Assembly: GCA_977018835.1 (NCBI GenBank)
Contig: OZ361256.1
Span: 6,510,001 to 6,574,000 of the forward strand
Length of the DNA: 64,000 bases
Reading direction: 5' to 3'
Source of the DNA: Minutocellus sp. GHC0000111
Taxonomy: Eukaryota
A program made the translations under genes and the position numbers. Below the pieces are notes generated by a model, which ran no database searches, had not been told where the DNA came from, and worked only from the letters and a program-made list of their open reading frames with translations. Of the stretch, positions 60,762-64,000 are shown one piece after another. Positions within the stretch are counted from its first letter, which is position 1. The number at the start of each line of letters is the position of its first letter.

Positions 60762-60936
60762 GGTGCTTGTGAGTGTCAGGATATTTCATTGCTGATGGGG
60801 GCAGGTCTCCGCGAACACCTCTCCACCGGGTTTTTGGTGGTTCACCAACGGCAATAGAAGTCCCTCGTAACGATAAGCCCGATTGATTGATCTATGTTTT
60901 ACATATGTGTTAGAATCTTGCCTTTTCATTGTTGCC

Positions 60937-61128
60937 TAGGAAGGGGGGTATTCCCCGAGTGATAATTCGCCAGACGAGGTGATAAATCGGATGAACCAGA
61001 TTTCTGCGAAAAAACTAAGACTGGCACAGAGAGTGGCCGACTTCACAGAAAAATAAACCATCCGCCTGGTTCATCCGATTTATCACCAGGGGGGGCGAAT
61101 TATCAGCAGGGGAATGCTCCCCTTCCTA
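60937..61128. mobile_element. GGAAGGG-end MITE, copy 3
   Basis: As 31474..31665. Confidence 0.85.
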
Positions 61129-61271
61129 CATGTACGCCTTTTTGCGCCCTCAACAGCGGAACGCCTTTTATGTAGTCTATTAGATCTACCTCCGGCTATC
61201 CCATACATTCCCAAAACAGGTCTATCTTCACCTTTCATACAAAAGCTCAACAGTAATCTTTTGCACTAGAG

Positions 61272-61794
61272 TAGAAACCTGTTTAAGAGCTGCCAGATTG
61301 AACTCGGAATTTGTTTTTTGATCCGTTTGTGGTTTGGTCACTTTCTCTGCGGTTTCGGACAGCTGAGATAATGCCGAGTTCAGAAAAATTGTCCGGTGGA
61401 ATTATTTGATGTCTATCACGAGATATCGGGGATTCTGTCTATGTGCTTTTAGCACAGATCCGGGTCGGATCAACACACCCTCGCAACAATGTCTGACTTG
61501 AATAATAAGGATAGTGATGAATCAAAATCAAAAACTCACTTTCCAAATTGGATCACCCTCGTAATAGTGCGATGGTTAATTGGTGCTGATGATCAAAACT
61601 CGCCGGCAAATTTGGCCTCCGAACAAAATCCGCGATGTCTCGGGACAGACATCAAACAATTTCACCGGACGGACATTTTCCCCCAGAATCAGCGTGTTCT
61701 GAGCTGTCAAAAAATGCACAGAAAGTGCTTATACTATAAACGGATCATAAAATAAGTTTGGAATTCAATCTGCCACTCCGTAAACCGTCAACTA
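61272..61794. mobile_element. Foldback element, copy 3
   Basis: As 31809..32332, one A shorter. Confidence 0.7.
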
Positions 61795-61996
61795 GATCTA
61801 GGCCTGCTCTGCCATTGACGAATGGCCAAAAATCGAGTCGTGACCATTTTGGCTCTCTTGTCAATTTCGTTTCAATCATTCGAGATTGATTTACATACAT
61901 GAATAAGTTCTACCGGCACATGTAGTTGATCACGCCTATGAGCAAAAAAGAAGTTGCCGTCGAGGGTGACTCACTCCCACACGCAAAAAAGAATTG

Positions 61997-62019
61997 TGCC
62001 TTGACCGTGAATCGAACAC

Positions 62020-62064
<45 letters not shown>

Positions 62065-62069
62065 AAGGC
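61997..62069 (-). tRNA. trnF: tRNA-Phe(GAA), copy 3
   Basis: Identical to copy 1. Confidence 0.97.
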
Positions 62070-62722
62070 AGGCCATCTGTCGAAGCAAGCCACTTGGCAG
62101 TGACTGTTCTTGTTGTTCAGACGAGTGACATCAAAATACATCAAATCTATAATTTTTTGTCAAGTCAGTCGGTCATCCATATTTCGTCGAAGAGCACCTG
62201 CCGCCATGCGCCAGCGGACACTCATTATCATCTTCATCTCGGCTTGGGAATTTTGCAGCAGTGCGTGATCGATCGGCCACATCGAAGCAAGATGGAGGAA
62301 GAACGGGTGAGTCGTCTGTGGCGTATTCATGTTCTTTTCGTCTTGCATTTTTGAACAGCAGCAACACAAACCAATTTACTTTTGGCTTCGCGTACGATCG
62401 TATTTTATCATTCTGTTAATTTTTTTATTTGGCCTCTCACTTGCATTGTGTATGTGTGCTTACGATTTCTTCGCAACCTGCATTCAGAACCGCCCCAACA
62501 AGCGCTCCCGCCGCTCGACGTCTCTCGAAGACGTCATGGGGCTCCTTGGAGAAGACGCGGAGCTCCTCGGAGAGGACGCGGAGGTCGGCGGCATTGTCTT
62601 CGACAACATTGAAGGTTTCCTTCCTCCCGATAGCGTCGGAGCCGCCGGCTACCCGAAGTAGTGTGCAACGCGTTGAGAATCAGATCCAGAATCATCAGCG
62701 CGCCTCCAATCGCCACGGATCT

Positions 62723-62904
62723 GTTCAAATTTGCGTCAGGTCTCTTACGGGGGAGACAGAGCTTGCTCGGTTGCTCGGTTCTGTTGATACGCAGAGGATT
62801 ATCTTTGCAGGGCGCAAACTTAATGACAGAGACAAAAGTTGTCAGATTCTGGCAACATACAGGATTCGACTCTTCACCTTGTCCGAAGGAATAGAGGGTG
62901 CTGA
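62723..62904 (+). pseudogene. Degenerate ubiquitin-like domain
   Basis: 'VQICVRSLTGET...QRIIFAGRKLND...LATY', then frameshift into 'DSTLHLVRRNRGC*'; the central helix region is deleted; GC-rich coding-like sequence upstream (~62460-62720) may belong to the same dead gene. Confidence 0.7.
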
Positions 62905-63022
62905 TTTTGTTGCGATCGACGCCATACACTTGATGTGATGTTGATGTATTGACGTTGCAACTTGGATGAGATGCAAATGCATAGAGTCGGACTGCACCAT
63001 CAACTAGGGAGGAGGAAATGAG

Positions 63023-63229
63023 TAGGAAGGGTTGTACTCCCCGGCTAATAATTTGTCGTCCCAGGTGATAATTTGGTTGATTCGGGTTTTGGTTGATTCG
63101 GTTTTGATATTTTTTTACACTGGGATAGAGAGTGCAGAACTTCCCATGAAAATCCTGAATCAAAAGTCGAATCAACCAAATTATCACCTGGGGCGGCGAT
63201 TTATCATCTGGGGAATGCCACCCTTCCTA
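63023..63229. mobile_element. MITE, TA-GGAAGGG...CCCTTCC-TA (relative of 31474..31665)
   Basis: TAGGAAGGG...cccaggtgataatttggttgattcg is inverted as cgaatcaaccaaattatcacctggg...CCCTTCCTA. Confidence 0.8.
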
Positions 63230-64000
63230 CATTGGGCCTCTGCGTATTTCACATACTTGGCAAACGTCTAATTTTATCTCCTCATGTAGCATGCATAGCC
63301 GTGTTTCTCTAAAGCATACAAGTATCTGCAAGCATCGTCGACGCTGCTTATTTCTTTCTTGTTTTCTTTCTTTTTTGCTTGGGCTGTTTCGCTTTTCGCT
63401 TCCCACCCTGGTGTTGATGCACCGACTGAATTGTGCGCCGTTTGTGATTGAAGCAAGATTGTCTCTGGCCTTTCTCAGCTGCTGCTAGCTTCTATTGTCG
63501 ACATCGCTCATGGAGCCAGGGAGATTTTTGTCCAAATGTTGTTGTTGGCTTGATCTTCGAATCTCGACTCCTTGACTTGGATGGATGGCGACGCTCTGTG
63601 ATATGTACACCTCTAATTTAAGAGTTGAGTCTAAGGTACCCAGAAACTTCGATTGAGGAGTGCAAACACTTTTCTTCTCATGCCTAACCGTCGTCCGCGC
63701 CAGATATTGGCTCGAGGTAACCGAGCCCTCACTAGAAATTTAGCTTGTGTAAACAAGATTAATTTGTGGGGGGTGGAGTGGAGGGGGGATCTGGTGGACC
63801 TTGCCTCGAAAAGTCATAGGGTAATTAGGGTTGTTACTTAAAGAAATGTATGCATCGAAAAATTTTGCACGATTGTTTCAGTAGCATGTGTTAGCCATGT
63901 AGACTCTGGCACTAAAAAGCAAGCCGGCCGAGGATGGCATCGCCATTTTAGGCAGGCTTTTACTGTGAAATTTTGGCTACCCCCTTTTTTGTTTGATTCG

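Noticed and set aside
63230..64000. Possible decayed minus-strand gene
   Set aside because: Multiple stops and no recognisable domain.

Overview
Eukaryotic nuclear DNA, most likely from a diatom or related photosynthetic stramenopile. The evidence is a nuclear infA with a signal peptide and an ASAF-like 'GEA-F' plastid-import motif, compact genes, and a GT-AG intron. Positions 1-17.9 kb are single-copy and carry a DUF2828 remnant, MED4, MON1, STN1, a sulfotransferase, a methyltransferase with zinc knuckles, a potato-inhibitor-I protease inhibitor, CWC27 and two Ser-rich orphans. Positions 17945-62142 are three head-to-tail, near-identical copies of a ~14.74 kb unit. Each unit holds plastid IF-1, a ZNF511-like gene, a METTL21-like methyltransferase with an in-frame TAA, an SMPD4-like gene, a BRAP2/ETP1-like gene, tri-ubiquitin, three MITE/foldback elements and tRNA-Phe(GAA) at the unit end. 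Three patterns stand out. (1) The tRNA-bounded amplicon has a readable two-step history. (2) About seven genes carry frameshifts or nonsense codons, including normally conserved ones. (3) Intergenic DNA is full of TA-flanked palindromes (TAGGAATTCCTA, TAGATCTA, TAGGCCTA, TACCGGTA, TACATGTA) that match the joined ends of the TA-flanked MITE families in the same window, which looks like a record of transposon excisions. All calls come from manual motif recognition; no database searches were run.
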